A stretch of DNA of 60,821 bases, counting the filler, from Asterionella formosa (Eukaryota): NCBI GenBank assembly GCA_002256025.1. It is 7 parts of 7 records of this genome, joined end to end, with 100 filler letters (N's around TTAATTAATTAA, not from the genome) between each part and the next. Parts side by side here need not be neighbours in the genome. Positions count along the whole stretch, not along the records: positions 43,533 to 52,133 come from NKIB01011981.1; positions 52,234 to 60,821 come from NKIB01011999.1; 5 more parts are not named here. One strand, 5' to 3'. Position numbers and translations under genes: made by a program. Positions 48,323 through 59,552 of this stretch are shown one piece after another. The notes beneath the pieces are model-generated. The model saw only the letters and a list, made by a program, of their open reading frames with translations, ran no database searches and was not told the DNA's origin. Numbering within the stretch: the stretch's first letter is position 1; the number at the start of each line of letters is the position of its first letter.

Positions 48323-49287
48323 NNNNNNNNNNNNNNNNNNNNNNNNNNNNNNNNNNNNNNNNNNNNNNNNNNNNNNNNNNNNNNNNNNNNNNNNNNNNNN
48401 NNNNNNNNNNNNNNNNNNNNNNNNNNNNNNNNNNNNNNNNNNNNNNNNNNNNNNNNNNNNNNNNNNNNNNNNNNNNNNNNNNNNNNNNNNNNNNNNNNNN
48501 NNNNNNNNNNNNNNNNNNNNNNNNNNNNNNNNNNNNNNNNNNNNNNNNNNNNNNNNNNNNNNNNNNNNNNNNNNNNNNNNNNNNNNNNNNNNNNNNNNNN
48601 NNNNNNNNNNNNNNNNNNNNNNNNNNNNNNNNNNNNNNNNNNNNNNNNNNNNNNNNNNNNNNNNNNNNNNNNNNNNNNNNNNNNNNNNNNNNNNNNNNNN
48701 NNNNNNNNNNNNNNNNNNNNNNNNNNNNNNNNNNNNNNNNNNNNNNNNNNNNNNNNNNNNNNNNNNNNNNNNNNNNNNNNNNNNNNNNNNNNNNNNNNNN
48801 NNNNNNNNNNNNNNNNNNNNNNNNNNNNNNNNNNNNNNNNNNNNNNNNNNNNNNNNNNNNNNNNNNNNNNNNNNNNNNNNNNNNNNNNNNNNNNNNNNNN
48901 NNNNNNNNNNNNNNNNNNNNNNNNNNNNNNNNNNNNNNNNNNNNNCGGTACCCCGGTAGAGCGATACCCGGTATGCATTTTTATTACCGGTAGATAAGCG
49001 CCGGTGGTGGTGGTAAAGTAGGCAAAAGCTAAAAAAACATACTTAACAGGTACATACTTTGTGGCGGGTATGTACCGGGGGGTAGGTAGCCCCACTCCTC
49101 GATCAGCCCCGGATAGCCAACCATTCGATCGGCCGCTTGTATTTTTTTGAATGATGAATAAACTGATTTCCACTGTGTTCACCTTTTTGCCTCGCACTAC
49201 TCATCAACAATTATCTTAATACTGTACGGTTAAGTCTCCTCCTCACCATACTTGTCCTTTAATTTAACGCAAACCGTGCTAAGGGAC

Positions 49288-50280
49288 ATGTCAGAAAAGG
49301 GCAAGCACGACGCGACGAATGTCGCCGATGAAACAGTAGCACCACCTGAGGATGTTGATGACGACGATTCGGACGCCTCGTCGTCGTCGGATGACGACGA
49401 TGACCTTGTGTTGGAAGGAACGCTCTTGAGAAATCCAGATCATGACACTTCATCGTCGGATGGTAGCAGCGAAGAAGATGGAGACGGCAACGACGAAAAA
49501 AGGCCACCGTCGAAGAAACAAAAGCAGGAAACACCAGGGAAGAAAAAGACAACAACAAAAAAGAAAAAACCAGAGGAATATGGCCTTATCCACGTCGACT
49601 TTACCTTTCATGATATGAAGGAAGACTTTTTTCATGGCATCAAAACATTAATTCATTCCAGTTCTACAGTGTATGCTCCTTATTCATCTGCCCTCGCCGA
49701 TCTTATGATTGAAAACGTTTCCGTTGGAACTGTCATTTCCACGGAAGGCGATACAGAGCATAATGTCTTTGGCTTCGCCTCTGTCTTGAACGTATCCACC
49801 TACGGTGACAAACATTGTATAGAAGCACTCAAGGAGCTTTGTTTGAAGCATTGCCCTGCCGAACGCAAGGTGGAGCTAGAAACGGTTTTGTCAGGACGAA
49901 CCAAGCGACCAGCTGGATTTTTAATGCACAGTCGGATGATCAATTTACCTTTAGAGTTGGTCGAAGTATTACACCAGCAACTTGTGTTGGACATGGATTG
50001 GGCTGTGGAAAATGCTGAAGGTGGTGTAGACGAGCGAAAATCTTTGGATTTTGGGGCCTTTGTGAGGCTAGCGCCAGGAACCACAGGTCAAGGGGGGTCT
50101 GTGTTGTATAAATACTTTGATGACGAGATATTTGCGACAAACGCTGAATTCGTCTTTCCATTTGATGCTCCCAAGGCGTTTGCATCGGAAGGAGCGAAAC
50201 AGGTATGTGCCGTCATTGTCTTGACCAAGACAGGCCACCGCGCGGCAATGAAAGAATTGCAGAAACTCATTAAGGGTTAA
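49288..50280 (+). CDS. BCCIP: BCP1/BCCIP family protein
   Basis: Acidic N-terminus, then VDFTFHD...FHGIKTL...LADL...VGTVI...FGFASVLN...GFLMHSRMINLP...LHQQL..DMDWA. Confidence 0.88.
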   Translation: MSEKGKHDATNVADETVAPPEDVDDDDSDASSSSDDDDDLVLEGTLLRNPDHDTSSSDGSSEEDGDGNDEKRPPSKKQKQETPGKKKTTTKKKKPEEYGLIHVDFTFHDMKEDFFHGIKTLIHSSSTVYAPYSSALADLMIENVSVGTVISTEGDTEHNVFGFASVLNVSTYGDKHCIEALKELCLKHCPAERKVELETVLSGRTKRPAGFLMHSRMINLPLELVEVLHQQLVLDMDWAVENAEGGVDERKSLDFGAFVRLAPGTTGQGGSVLYKYFDDEIFATNAEFVFPFDAPKAFASEGAKQVCAVIVLTKTGHRAAMKELQKLIKG

Positions 50281-50372
50281 GGCCGTTGTGCGTTTCTACT
50301 GGAATATTGAACATTTTCAACAATAGTTCTTTCGTTTTCTTCACGAAGATAGGATTAACTGTCTTAATTGCG

Positions 50373-52004
50373 TTACTTATCAATATGCTCGTCGTTGGAT
50401 TCTATTGATGCACTTTGCGCTTTAAACTCTCGCTTATAAGCAGTGTCACATTCCATTAGCCAAGGGCATTCTTGGTGTAGAAGTTCCCAGGCTTCCAAAC
50501 TTTGTGACAAATCACCACTGTCGCACGACAACAGCAGCAAACGCTTCGAGTCGTTCTGCCGAACTGAATAAACAGAATTCACAAAAGAACGCAATCTAGG
50601 CAGAATCATTTTCTCCCAATTTGATCGGTGTTGCATTATGGGGTCATCCAGAGATATTCGAGACACCGAAATATTTACCACTGAATTTGGGGAAGTGCTC
50701 TTGTTTGTGACAACCTTTGATATCTCTGAACTTTCATATGAGTGATCCTCAACTGAAATCTTCAACAACGCAGGAGCTATTCCTGTTGAATTATTATGAT
50801 CTGGTAAGGATTTTAACTTTGTCGTTTCATCTTCAGGAGGTAAGGAAGAGTATTGAACTTCATTTGCAGAGTCTGTTGCACATAAATTCGATTCTGTGCA
50901 ATTTTTTTGCTTTGATGGGGATTGGAAATATTGGGTTATCATATTTTCTTCGCCTTTAGCTGGAACAACTTTGACATGATTCTTGATCTTCTGTTTACGT
51001 GTTCTCACTACCTGAATAATGTCAGCTTCGGTAGTTTCGTACATGAGACAATAAGTCATAGTTTGGATTTGATCATAGAGGGGAGGCGTATGGTACGCTT
51101 GGTGCATCCTATGCTTGCACTCGACAACAATCTTCCGTATTTGCCAATCTTCGTCGAGACCACCATGAGCAGTACCTTGATTTGGTGGACACCACAGCTC
51201 ATCTCGAATGCCATCGACTGAGCCATAAATTGTAAAAAACGAGGGTCGGTCGATTTGAGTTCGTTCGTTGCTTTTTCCCTTGGCCTCGTCAACGATAATA
51301 GGTTCTGTTGCAAGTTCATGATGGTTCACTCGGTGCTGAGCCTTGTCCATCGCAACGACAGTAGGTAGGTCAAGAGGAGAATAAACCTCTGAATTTTCTG
51401 ACTTTTCAAAAGACAACGCAACAATGGCAAGGTTCCGATCGCGAACTTCCCAACCGCACATCTTCTCATACAAATCCAAGGCTTGGTCTTCATGTTGTGT
51501 CCCAAAGCTTGTATCAATCCAGTTACGAGTTCCTTCTTTGAGCTGCTTAAGCTCTTCTTTTTTCAATTTATTACTCATGGTAGCTTCTTCTAAAACTTTC
51601 CGTTTGAGAGATTCAGCAGCGTGTGTATTCTCTAGGATTTTTGAGCCGGCCTTTACTCGGAGTACATCTTTGAGTGCTTGTTTCGTGCCTGTTCCAGCCT
51701 TGTCGGCTAAATCAAATAGAATTTCTTCTTCGCTTTTAATCCTGAGTCCCAAGGATTTGGCATCTTTTAGAAGGAGAAGATGCCCTATACTTCCTTGATA
51801 GACTAGATCTCGCAACAGTGTTGGAAGGTGTGCAAAAGGGTGAAAACCCGCCAGCGCAGATATCCTCGATGCCGATAGTCGAAGCGAGTTATCTTGAATC
51901 TTGAAAGCTTCCAGTTGTTCGTGCAACGCCATACCAGCAATTCTGGTTGTATAGCAAGCTGGTTCAGGTTGTTCTTGTTCATCGAACATGCTGCATAGCG
52001 TCAT
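50373..52004 (-). CDS. YqaJ/lambda-exonuclease-like PD-(D/E)XK nuclease
   Basis: LSASRISALAG.HPF; FGTQHEDQALDLYE; IYGSVDG; VVECKHR; PPLYDQIQTMTY. Intronless and intact. Confidence 0.8.
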   Translation of the reverse strand: MTLCSMFDEQEQPEPACYTTRIAGMALHEQLEAFKIQDNSLRLSASRISALAGFHPFAHLPTLLRDLVYQGSIGHLLLLKDAKSLGLRIKSEEEILFDLADKAGTGTKQALKDVLRVKAGSKILENTHAAESLKRKVLEEATMSNKLKKEELKQLKEGTRNWIDTSFGTQHEDQALDLYEKMCGWEVRDRNLAIVALSFEKSENSEVYSPLDLPTVVAMDKAQHRVNHHELATEPIIVDEAKGKSNERTQIDRPSFFTIYGSVDGIRDELWCPPNQGTAHGGLDEDWQIRKIVVECKHRMHQAYHTPPLYDQIQTMTYCLMYETTEADIIQVVRTRKQKIKNHVKVVPAKGEENMITQYFQSPSKQKNCTESNLCATDSANEVQYSSLPPEDETTKLKSLPDHNNSTGIAPALLKISVEDHSYESSEISKVVTNKSTSPNSVVNISVSRISLDDPIMQHRSNWEKMILPRLRSFVNSVYSVRQNDSKRLLLLSCDSGDLSQSLEAWELLHQECPWLMECDTAYKREFKAQSASIESNDEHIDK

Positions 52005-53022
52005 TATCGTGTCTTCGCTAAAATATATTATGCAAGTATTGGCTTCTTTGTTGCATCATTAGCATTGTAAAACGACAACTTGATTGAATTCATATTTTGT
52101 ACATGCGGTACCAGGTACCAGGACACCAGGTACNNNNNNNNNNNNNNNNNNNNNNNNNNNNNNNNNNNNNNNNNNNNTTAATTAATTAANNNNNNNNNNN
52201 NNNNNNNNNNNNNNNNNNNNNNNNNNNNNNNNNTTGCTTTGATTCGTGTTAAGTGAAGCAAGACGATACGATGGATTTTCGTGATGTTGTGTCAGTGTAA
52301 CATGACTAGCGAACAAGTCATTCCTTCACATTGTTACTGTAACTGCATAGGACAATAAAACAAATCAAACAACGGAATAGTCGGCAAGTTCAGAGTGTCA
52401 CTAACAGCAAGGATAGAGACAAGACATTAAGCAAGCACTGCATAGCACAAGATTCAGAATAGAGGAAGGAAAGGGCAAGATAGGAACAATATACATTGAG
52501 CCAAGTAGAGAGAGAAATATTGGGTCGCTGGCCTGTAGAATTATAGACAGCATTGCTAAATTTGATAGTTAAATTACGATCCATTTCAATCTATTTTGAA
52601 TAATGCTTGTTGTGATTAGAATTATGATCATGTTTAAGATAGTTATACGATGAAACAAAATTCACATGATGGCATAGAGTTGAGCTGATTTTAGGATGCA
52701 TTGTATTAATAATTTACATTTGGCAATCACAATAAGTGAAAATAAATGAGAAGGTTTATGATATTGATAAGAAATGTTGTTGATCAGTTGATACACATTG
52801 TGTGATAATAATGTTCTTATTATTATACTTCAAGTTTGGTAAAATATTAATAAATCATAAATAGGATACATGATTGATCATAGTTTTGATCCAAAAATTA
52901 TCATATGTATGAAAATCCTGTGCCACTTAGTAGCGTACAATACCCTTGATCCTATATGCATGATAAATTTTATTTGCAGACGAGAAAGATTGGGTTTTTG
53001 AATAAGGTATTTTTATTCGGCA

Positions 53023-53110
53023 ATGCTTTCACTGCCTGGAACAGTCCCGACAGAAATTGGACTCCTGTCAAGTCTTACTCAGCTTGGGTTGCACAGCAAT
53101 AAATTCACAA
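53023..53110 (+). pseudogene. isolated leucine-rich-repeat fragment (plant-specific LRR type)
   Basis: LPGTVPTEIGLLSSLTQLGLHSNKFT matches L.G.IP.E.G.L..L..L.L..N.L; no surrounding ORF. Confidence 0.55.
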
Positions 53111-55249
53111 ATACAGGATCTACCAATTTTCGCATAGACAAGTCGGCAACCTTCTTGGGACCTGTCATGAAGAGTTATCTAATAGTTTTTGATTTGCAAA
53201 ATATATAGAAATTTAATTTTGCCTGATTACTATAAATCATGGCTTGTTTTGTGGATTTGCAACTCTCTCAGAGGTTTGGAACCTCGTCTCTGGTAAACAT
53301 TTTTTGATAGTCCTCTCTGATGTTTGACATTTAGTCATCCTGAAAATGCTCACTGGGGTTTCTTATACATTGGCAGTCGATACATGATTCTGTTAGTTTC
53401 ATGATGACAATTCCTATCGATTTCTCAACGTCCTATTGGGGGAGGAAACAAGGATAAGCCTACAATTGTTATCAGACCTGCTGGGATTAATCACAATTCA
53501 ATGAAGGTGTCCAGTCATTTGAATCCACCAGATTGCACAGCATGGCAAGATTTGGATGTGATTTGCTTGAATTTCCTGTTTGGAAGTATATCATATACTA
53601 ACATGACTTGTGATCTCACAGAAATTACGTTCACTACTAATCGCTATGCTGGGCCAATTCAACTCTTGTCAAGATTTCAAACTTAGAATGAAATATGTTC
53701 CCAAAGAAGGTGACTCAAAAAATGTCAGCAGGACCCAGTTATCAGTTTCAGCAAAGGTATCACAACTTCAACTCAGCACACTGGCACATAATGTGGTGCA
53801 AATATATTTGATAAAGGAAATAACCAGTTTAGGTCATGTAGAATCAATATGCATATTAACAACAGAAGGATCATGTCAACTTCTCTTGGAATATGGTTTG
53901 CACACCAGCCAGCATTTTCTAATTGATATAGCACTGTACATTATTGGTTTTTTCATCACTTTGGCCGGAAAAGGAAAATGATTTGGAGTTTGGAGAGAAT
54001 AAAGCAATGGAAGCATTACTTGCTTTAGTATTGCATACTTTTGCTTTGGGCCGCCCTTTTGATGCACTGGTCATTTGCTTGGACGTTTCCCAAATAATTA
54101 GCACAAAACCTGCGTCAATAAGTCATGATACACTCGAATCAGAGATGACTTGATGACGTTCTTTATTTATAATGAAGATCTTAAGCGCCCCATCCTGCGT
54201 CGTGGTGTCCATTTCAGCAAAATGACCCCAGGTTACTGAATGCGCATGAGTAATTCCCGTATTTTCATTCAGATGTTTAATAATGACCATTGTCGAGCAA
54301 TAGTGGTCTCAAAATTACACAAACCCGACACAGCATGTACCGGTCCAAACATAGTCAGAGTAGCGGCAAACGAGAAAGATAAATAATATGGATGGCTAAT
54401 TTCTGTACATATCATACTGGGTACCTGGTACCGGCAGTTTAGTTCTGTGACCATCAATGGGAAAATGACCATTCAAGAGACATTCTACGACATAAGTCGC
54501 AGCGACATCTTGGATTTGAGATGGATGGGTACCACAACGACCAGCTGGTATACTATTCAACGAATTAACAGAATAGGAGTACCACATGAGAAATGACTGT
54601 CTCGAAATCTCTATGGATCATGATAAAGCTACTGGTAAAATGCTCTACATACAATGTTTCGGTATTATTAAATGGTTTCATTCGCGTCAGGGAATCCGTG
54701 ACAGGCATGAAAGGATGTTTGAAACGGTCATAATTGCGATTATTTAGAAGCAATTCCCGCTCCCAACAGAATGGGCTCCACTGATCATGGTCAACGCTTC
54801 GCGAACTCACAAAATGCATAGCATAAAATTTCTATCCATTCTTTCATACTTTAACACCCATTATAGAAGGTCAATTTTCAAAATGAACCCTTATCCAATC
54901 TCGTATTGGCAGGAGCAAGAAGTCAATGTTTTGTCGAAACCACGAAGAGCATCAACTGTAAGTGACATCACAAGCAAAGCAGACAGCATAACTGCTTCAT
55001 TCGCTGCGAAATTTTCGTTTCTTCCGATGAGTTTGTTCTTCCCAAATCTATGCTCGGTTATAATATATCAACGCTTAAGTCATTGGTTTTTGATCACTTG
55101 AAGCATGGAAACAGAATGTTTGTCTCCGTTCAACTAATTATTTCCATTGAATGATGGTTGGTGACTAGTATAGGCTTGTCATGCGAAGCGCCAACAACAA
55201 GTTTCCTATCGATTCTCACTGATGATTCTGAATTCAAACAACCTATACT

Positions 55250-57907
55250 ATGCAGGGTGATGTACGGCTTAATGAAAAGTCAAGAAGCCATGTAGGCAAG
55301 ATACATGTGGAAACCTCGGCATTTCAACGATGCACTGAGCCCTCCAAAACTCATCCGAAACTTTCTCGCTCCATGGGGCATAAAGGATCAACCATGAAGG
55401 AAGGAGCAACGCTTGATACGTTGACTACTATGGGGAAATCGATAGATGTGCTCCATCCTCACCTCACTTTGATGGACAAATCTACTAATCCTCAAAATAT
55501 CAATCGATTTGTACTAGATGCACAACTGGGGGTCATTGTCAACAATTCAAACATTCCACGACCTCCCCTGTATCGGACAACTTCCACAGGAATGCTTCCA
55601 TTGAATTCATTCAGGGAATTGAAATCAACCGATCGCACTTCTGCTTCGACTGAAGATGATTTGTCGAGTAGTTCTGATCGAAATACCTGTAATGTGACTC
55701 CTCGCCGGCACTCTCATGGTGACTTTCATGTTTGTCATGCTCCAAGACGGTTTTCCAATCAGTTTCACCGACGCATCTCCAACCAGTTTCAAAACTACTT
55801 TATTCCTTCCAAACGACGAACTTCTAACATGTCGATTGTCAGTGATATGACTCTACCCAATCAAGAGACCCCAACAATTCCAAAGGATCCTTACAATCTC
55901 TCCAAAAGCAAATCGTTGTACTTTCAAGATGTTTTGTGCACCAACAATCCTCATCAAGCCTTAGAGTTTCCTCCTCTCTATTTTGTGCTTCGCCACTCCC
56001 CAAAACTGTTGGATTTATTTCGTTCCATATATAATTGCCGCTGGAACATGTCGTACATACTTCAACGCCGTCTTTGCTGCAGTAAAATGCTCGGCAAGGC
56101 TGGCGTCGTTTCTACATGGGGCGAGCTTATTTTGGTGCTTCCATTCTTTGCTCTTATTGTAGCTGGAACCTTCTTTTCCTTTTTTGATAAATCAGTAAGC
56201 ATGTCTGGTCACATGGCGAGGACACCACTCATTTTCTGTTTCGTAACAGCCATGCGCAACTCATTCTTGACATTGCTTTTCGGTATTCCTATTGATCGTG
56301 CCCTGTGGTATCATAAGCTTTCGGCAAGACTTGCCTATGTCAATGGAATTCTTCATACATATGTGGCCTTCGTGCATCCAACTGTTGTTCAGAATACGGG
56401 CGCATTTCCACCAAGCACATTGAAAGGCAATGACACCAACTTTGCAGCATTCTTGTTTTCGGATCAAGTAAACTCGGGAGGAACAATGTTGATTGTGTTT
56501 ATGACACTCATGATGATAACAGCCATGCCTTGGATTCGTCACCGCATCTTTGAACTTTTTCACTTCTGTCACGTGATATTTGCATTATCAATGATCATTT
56601 GCGCTTTATTCCATACAGGCAAACTCGTTCCAATCTTGGCTGCATCGACTTGGGGCTTGGACTTGTTTATCCGCAAGGTATACATGCCATTGTTTCGAAA
56701 CCCAAGGTGTGCTAACATTCGCATCATTTCTGATTCAGTTATTGAACTATGCTTCCCCAAGACTGACGGTTTTGATTACAACCCTGGTCAGTATATCTAT
56801 CTTGCCGTGCCGGAGTTGAGCATCTTTGAATGGCATCCATTCAGCTTATCCAGTTGTCCAGGACAGAAGATTGTAACCTTGCATATTCGCAAGTGCGGAA
56901 GTTGGACATCTGATCTGTATTCCCTTGCCAAGGAGAAGACTCAGATCAAAGTCCTAATGGAAGGCCCATATGGCTCGGTTGGGGTTGATCTCCTCAGCGA
57001 TCTCTACAAGATGGTAATGCTATTTGCTGGAGGGATTGGTGTAACTCCCATGCAAGCTATTTGCAACCATCTCATGTCTGAGCAGAGTATCGGAAAACGT
57101 GAATTGAAGAAGCTGTCCTTCATTTGGGTCGAGCGAGATCCCGTAGTGATGAAAGGAGTGGATGTGGTGCGGTGCACAAGCAACGTTTACTATAGCTCAT
57201 CCTGTCACCTCAATCGTCAAAACAGCAAGCAAAATCACAAAGGTGATGCAGCAGCAGAGGTCGAAAGCGATCATACTATAGGGATTGCATCGACGCTTCT
57301 TAGCATGGTTGCTACAAGCAATGTCACTGATGAAGAGTTCGAGCAGCAATATCCCAGTGAGGAATTTGCTGATCTGGATAATGCATTTGATGAAAATGAT
57401 TGCACTTCCCTCCATAATGACAGCAACGGTTCATTCCTGTCCCAGATTCGTGCTTGGCGCAGACTATCCACCTCCACCTCACAAGTTTCAAAGGCAGTAG
57501 AACTAGACTCTGACATTGAACAAGGTATTGTTAGTGAAAATGACACGAATACTTGTGCATATGATGTCGATGACGAAGAAACGCTTGTTCGGAAGGCATA
57601 CAACATGGGCATAATTGCCGATGACCATCAGGTTGATGGTTACCAAGCCCTTGACCTTCAAGTGTACTTGACAGGCAAACTGGATGCAAATAGCATGGTT
57701 GCGCAACTACCCTTTGTCCACCTTAATCGACCCGATGTGAAGAAATTGTTTGCAGATATGCGATCAGATGCGATTTCCAATGGAGAGAAGCATGTGGCTG
57801 TTTGCATTTGTGCTCCTGCAAGGCTGGTGAAAATCTGTCGGAAAGCATGCGTAAAGTACAGTGACAGAAAGGTTCAGTTTGACTTTCACGAGGAAATCTT
57901 TGGCTGA
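55250..57907 (+). CDS. ferric reductase / NADPH oxidase family flavocytochrome
   Basis: Heme His pairs WYHK...GILH and FCHV...LFH; PGQY; HPFS; EGPYG; AGGIGVTP; C-terminal HEEIF. No EF-hands seen. Confidence 0.92.
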   Translation: MQGDVRLNEKSRSHVGKIHVETSAFQRCTEPSKTHPKLSRSMGHKGSTMKEGATLDTLTTMGKSIDVLHPHLTLMDKSTNPQNINRFVLDAQLGVIVNNSNIPRPPLYRTTSTGMLPLNSFRELKSTDRTSASTEDDLSSSSDRNTCNVTPRRHSHGDFHVCHAPRRFSNQFHRRISNQFQNYFIPSKRRTSNMSIVSDMTLPNQETPTIPKDPYNLSKSKSLYFQDVLCTNNPHQALEFPPLYFVLRHSPKLLDLFRSIYNCRWNMSYILQRRLCCSKMLGKAGVVSTWGELILVLPFFALIVAGTFFSFFDKSVSMSGHMARTPLIFCFVTAMRNSFLTLLFGIPIDRALWYHKLSARLAYVNGILHTYVAFVHPTVVQNTGAFPPSTLKGNDTNFAAFLFSDQVNSGGTMLIVFMTLMMITAMPWIRHRIFELFHFCHVIFALSMIICALFHTGKLVPILAASTWGLDLFIRKVYMPLFRNPRCANIRIISDSVIELCFPKTDGFDYNPGQYIYLAVPELSIFEWHPFSLSSCPGQKIVTLHIRKCGSWTSDLYSLAKEKTQIKVLMEGPYGSVGVDLLSDLYKMVMLFAGGIGVTPMQAICNHLMSEQSIGKRELKKLSFIWVERDPVVMKGVDVVRCTSNVYYSSSCHLNRQNSKQNHKGDAAAEVESDHTIGIASTLLSMVATSNVTDEEFEQQYPSEEFADLDNAFDENDCTSLHNDSNGSFLSQIRAWRRLSTSTSQVSKAVELDSDIEQGIVSENDTNTCAYDVDDEETLVRKAYNMGIIADDHQVDGYQALDLQVYLTGKLDANSMVAQLPFVHLNRPDVKKLFADMRSDAISNGEKHVAVCICAPARLVKICRKACVKYSDRKVQFDFHEEIFG

Positions 57908-58043
57908 TGGATAGGTCTAAACATATCTAACATGCTTCTTTCTGAACATTTTCTTTTCCAACCGCGCTAGTAAGTATTTGCCCGATTAGTTGTGTGCAAG
58001 CAGAAACGCAGAAACTAAACTTGATAATGATAAATACGCTTCT

Positions 58044-58919
58044 TCAACCGAATGTATCTGGCCGCTTCTCTTCCCACTCTCGAATTTCCTTTATTTTGGC
58101 GACGTTTTCGATACTGGCCTTTATCCTTGGACAAAGTTAGTAGGAGTTCTGAAGCAAGGAGGGATCCGCACCATCAAAAAAGTTGTTGGGAGACCCCGTC
58201 ATGAGGCTCACGTGATGACTAGTTAGCATGGAGTACACTACCACATCCGCCATTGACACTCGGTTCCCAACCAACCATACAGAGGTGGAGGATAGTCCAA
58301 TTACTTTTTCTAGTTGTGCACATGCCACTACCAAATCTTGTTCCAGAAAGCGCTTCTTAGAAAGGAACTGGTTGTTGCTATTACTGTTTTGTTTGACTTT
58401 GAACCATTTTGCTTTAATATCTCGTACACATTCATAAATGATATCAATTTTGGCTCGTTCCCATTCATTGGTTCCAAATAGATCATGTCGATGAGCCAAG
58501 AATCTCATTATAGAATGAGATTGTCCAACTTGCATGATTTGTAATTCAGAATTCTGATGACTGTTACTCAATCCTACTACTTGTAGGATTGGTAGCTGTC
58601 CCATGTTGGCATCAAAGGTTCCTTGTTCCTTGTGCTGTAGGAACATGGTATCGATACCAAATCCCTTGGCACTTGCTGTCATGGGATATCGAATGTCATG
58701 ATATGGTTCTTTACACAATGCCAACATGTATCGAATGGGTTCAGCAGCACCTCGCAGATTAAAGTATAAAAGACGATACGTTGGTGATGTGGATGCAACT
58801 TCCGGTACTATATCATTTGAGGAGAATGTATAATGTCTGACAAACGTCGTTGTAATACAACAGGAAGCATGGCGTTTGATTGACGATGGCGAGCAAACTG
58901 ATGCCTTCCATAACGCCAT
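58044..58919 (-). CDS. sigma-like glutathione S-transferase with an in-frame TAA at 58137-58139 (nonsense allele, pseudogene or base error)
   Basis: LLYFNLRGAAEPIRYML, MGQLPIL, QSHSIMRFLA. After the stop the same frame reads LCPRIKASIENVAKIKEIREWEEKRPDTFG*, a typical GST C-terminus. Confidence 0.85.
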
Positions 58920-59552
58920 TTTTTGTTTGTGTATGAGAATTCTATTCTCTCGTATTCCCGTAAGTACCGTACGTGTATATCTCAGTCGCTGCTGTGAAGA
59001 TGATGCATCCTCAATGGAGGAAAAGAAATTTGCTTCTGGGCTTAAATTATTACGGTAATACTGTGTGAATTATACCGTACCGGTGTATAGTCGTTTTCTT
59101 CTATTTATTCAGGCATGGGTGCCAGGGCAAATGTTGCTTGTTTGGCTCCATACTGTTACGCCATTCGTAGATAATGGATTCAATTACCAGTAATGGAACG
59201 CGTACCCGCAAACAGTGATGGCGGACTGCAAAGAATGAGCTGGTCGTGTGGAAAGAAATCCAGGCAAGGCACATACAGGTGGTACCAGGTAACTGGTACC
59301 TGGTACCACATACCAGGTTGCCTAAACCACGAAATCATTGCTGGTGTGTACAATGGATGAGCTACTTCTAGCTAAATATTTAGATATCGGTATTACCCTT
59401 ACAACAACTGGGGTTTGCATAAATAGTATGTTTCTACACATAGATGCCTGTACTAATTCACTTAGTTGTGGACTCGGTTGCGTTTCAACAACGACTTGCG
59501 CATTGAATTGAAAACATTGCCATCAAGAGAGAGGCTATACAGCGATACTTAT

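Noticed and set aside
45241..49197. Long ORFs spanning N gaps (45241-46266, 45432-46193, 45491-46189, 48196-48993, 48248-48997 and the 5' part of 47344-49197)
   Set aside because: They are artefacts of translating through unknown bases.
8662..52189. Regularly spaced TTAATTAATTAA as a biological repeat or CRISPR-like array
   Set aside because: It always sits between two blocks of 44 N and is a six-frame-stop linker added during assembly concatenation.
43533..57907. Functional cluster of B12, iron-reductase and DNA-repair genes
   Set aside because: MMAB and the ferric reductase are on different contigs, and the neighbours within a contig are functionally unrelated, as is normal for compact eukaryotic genomes.
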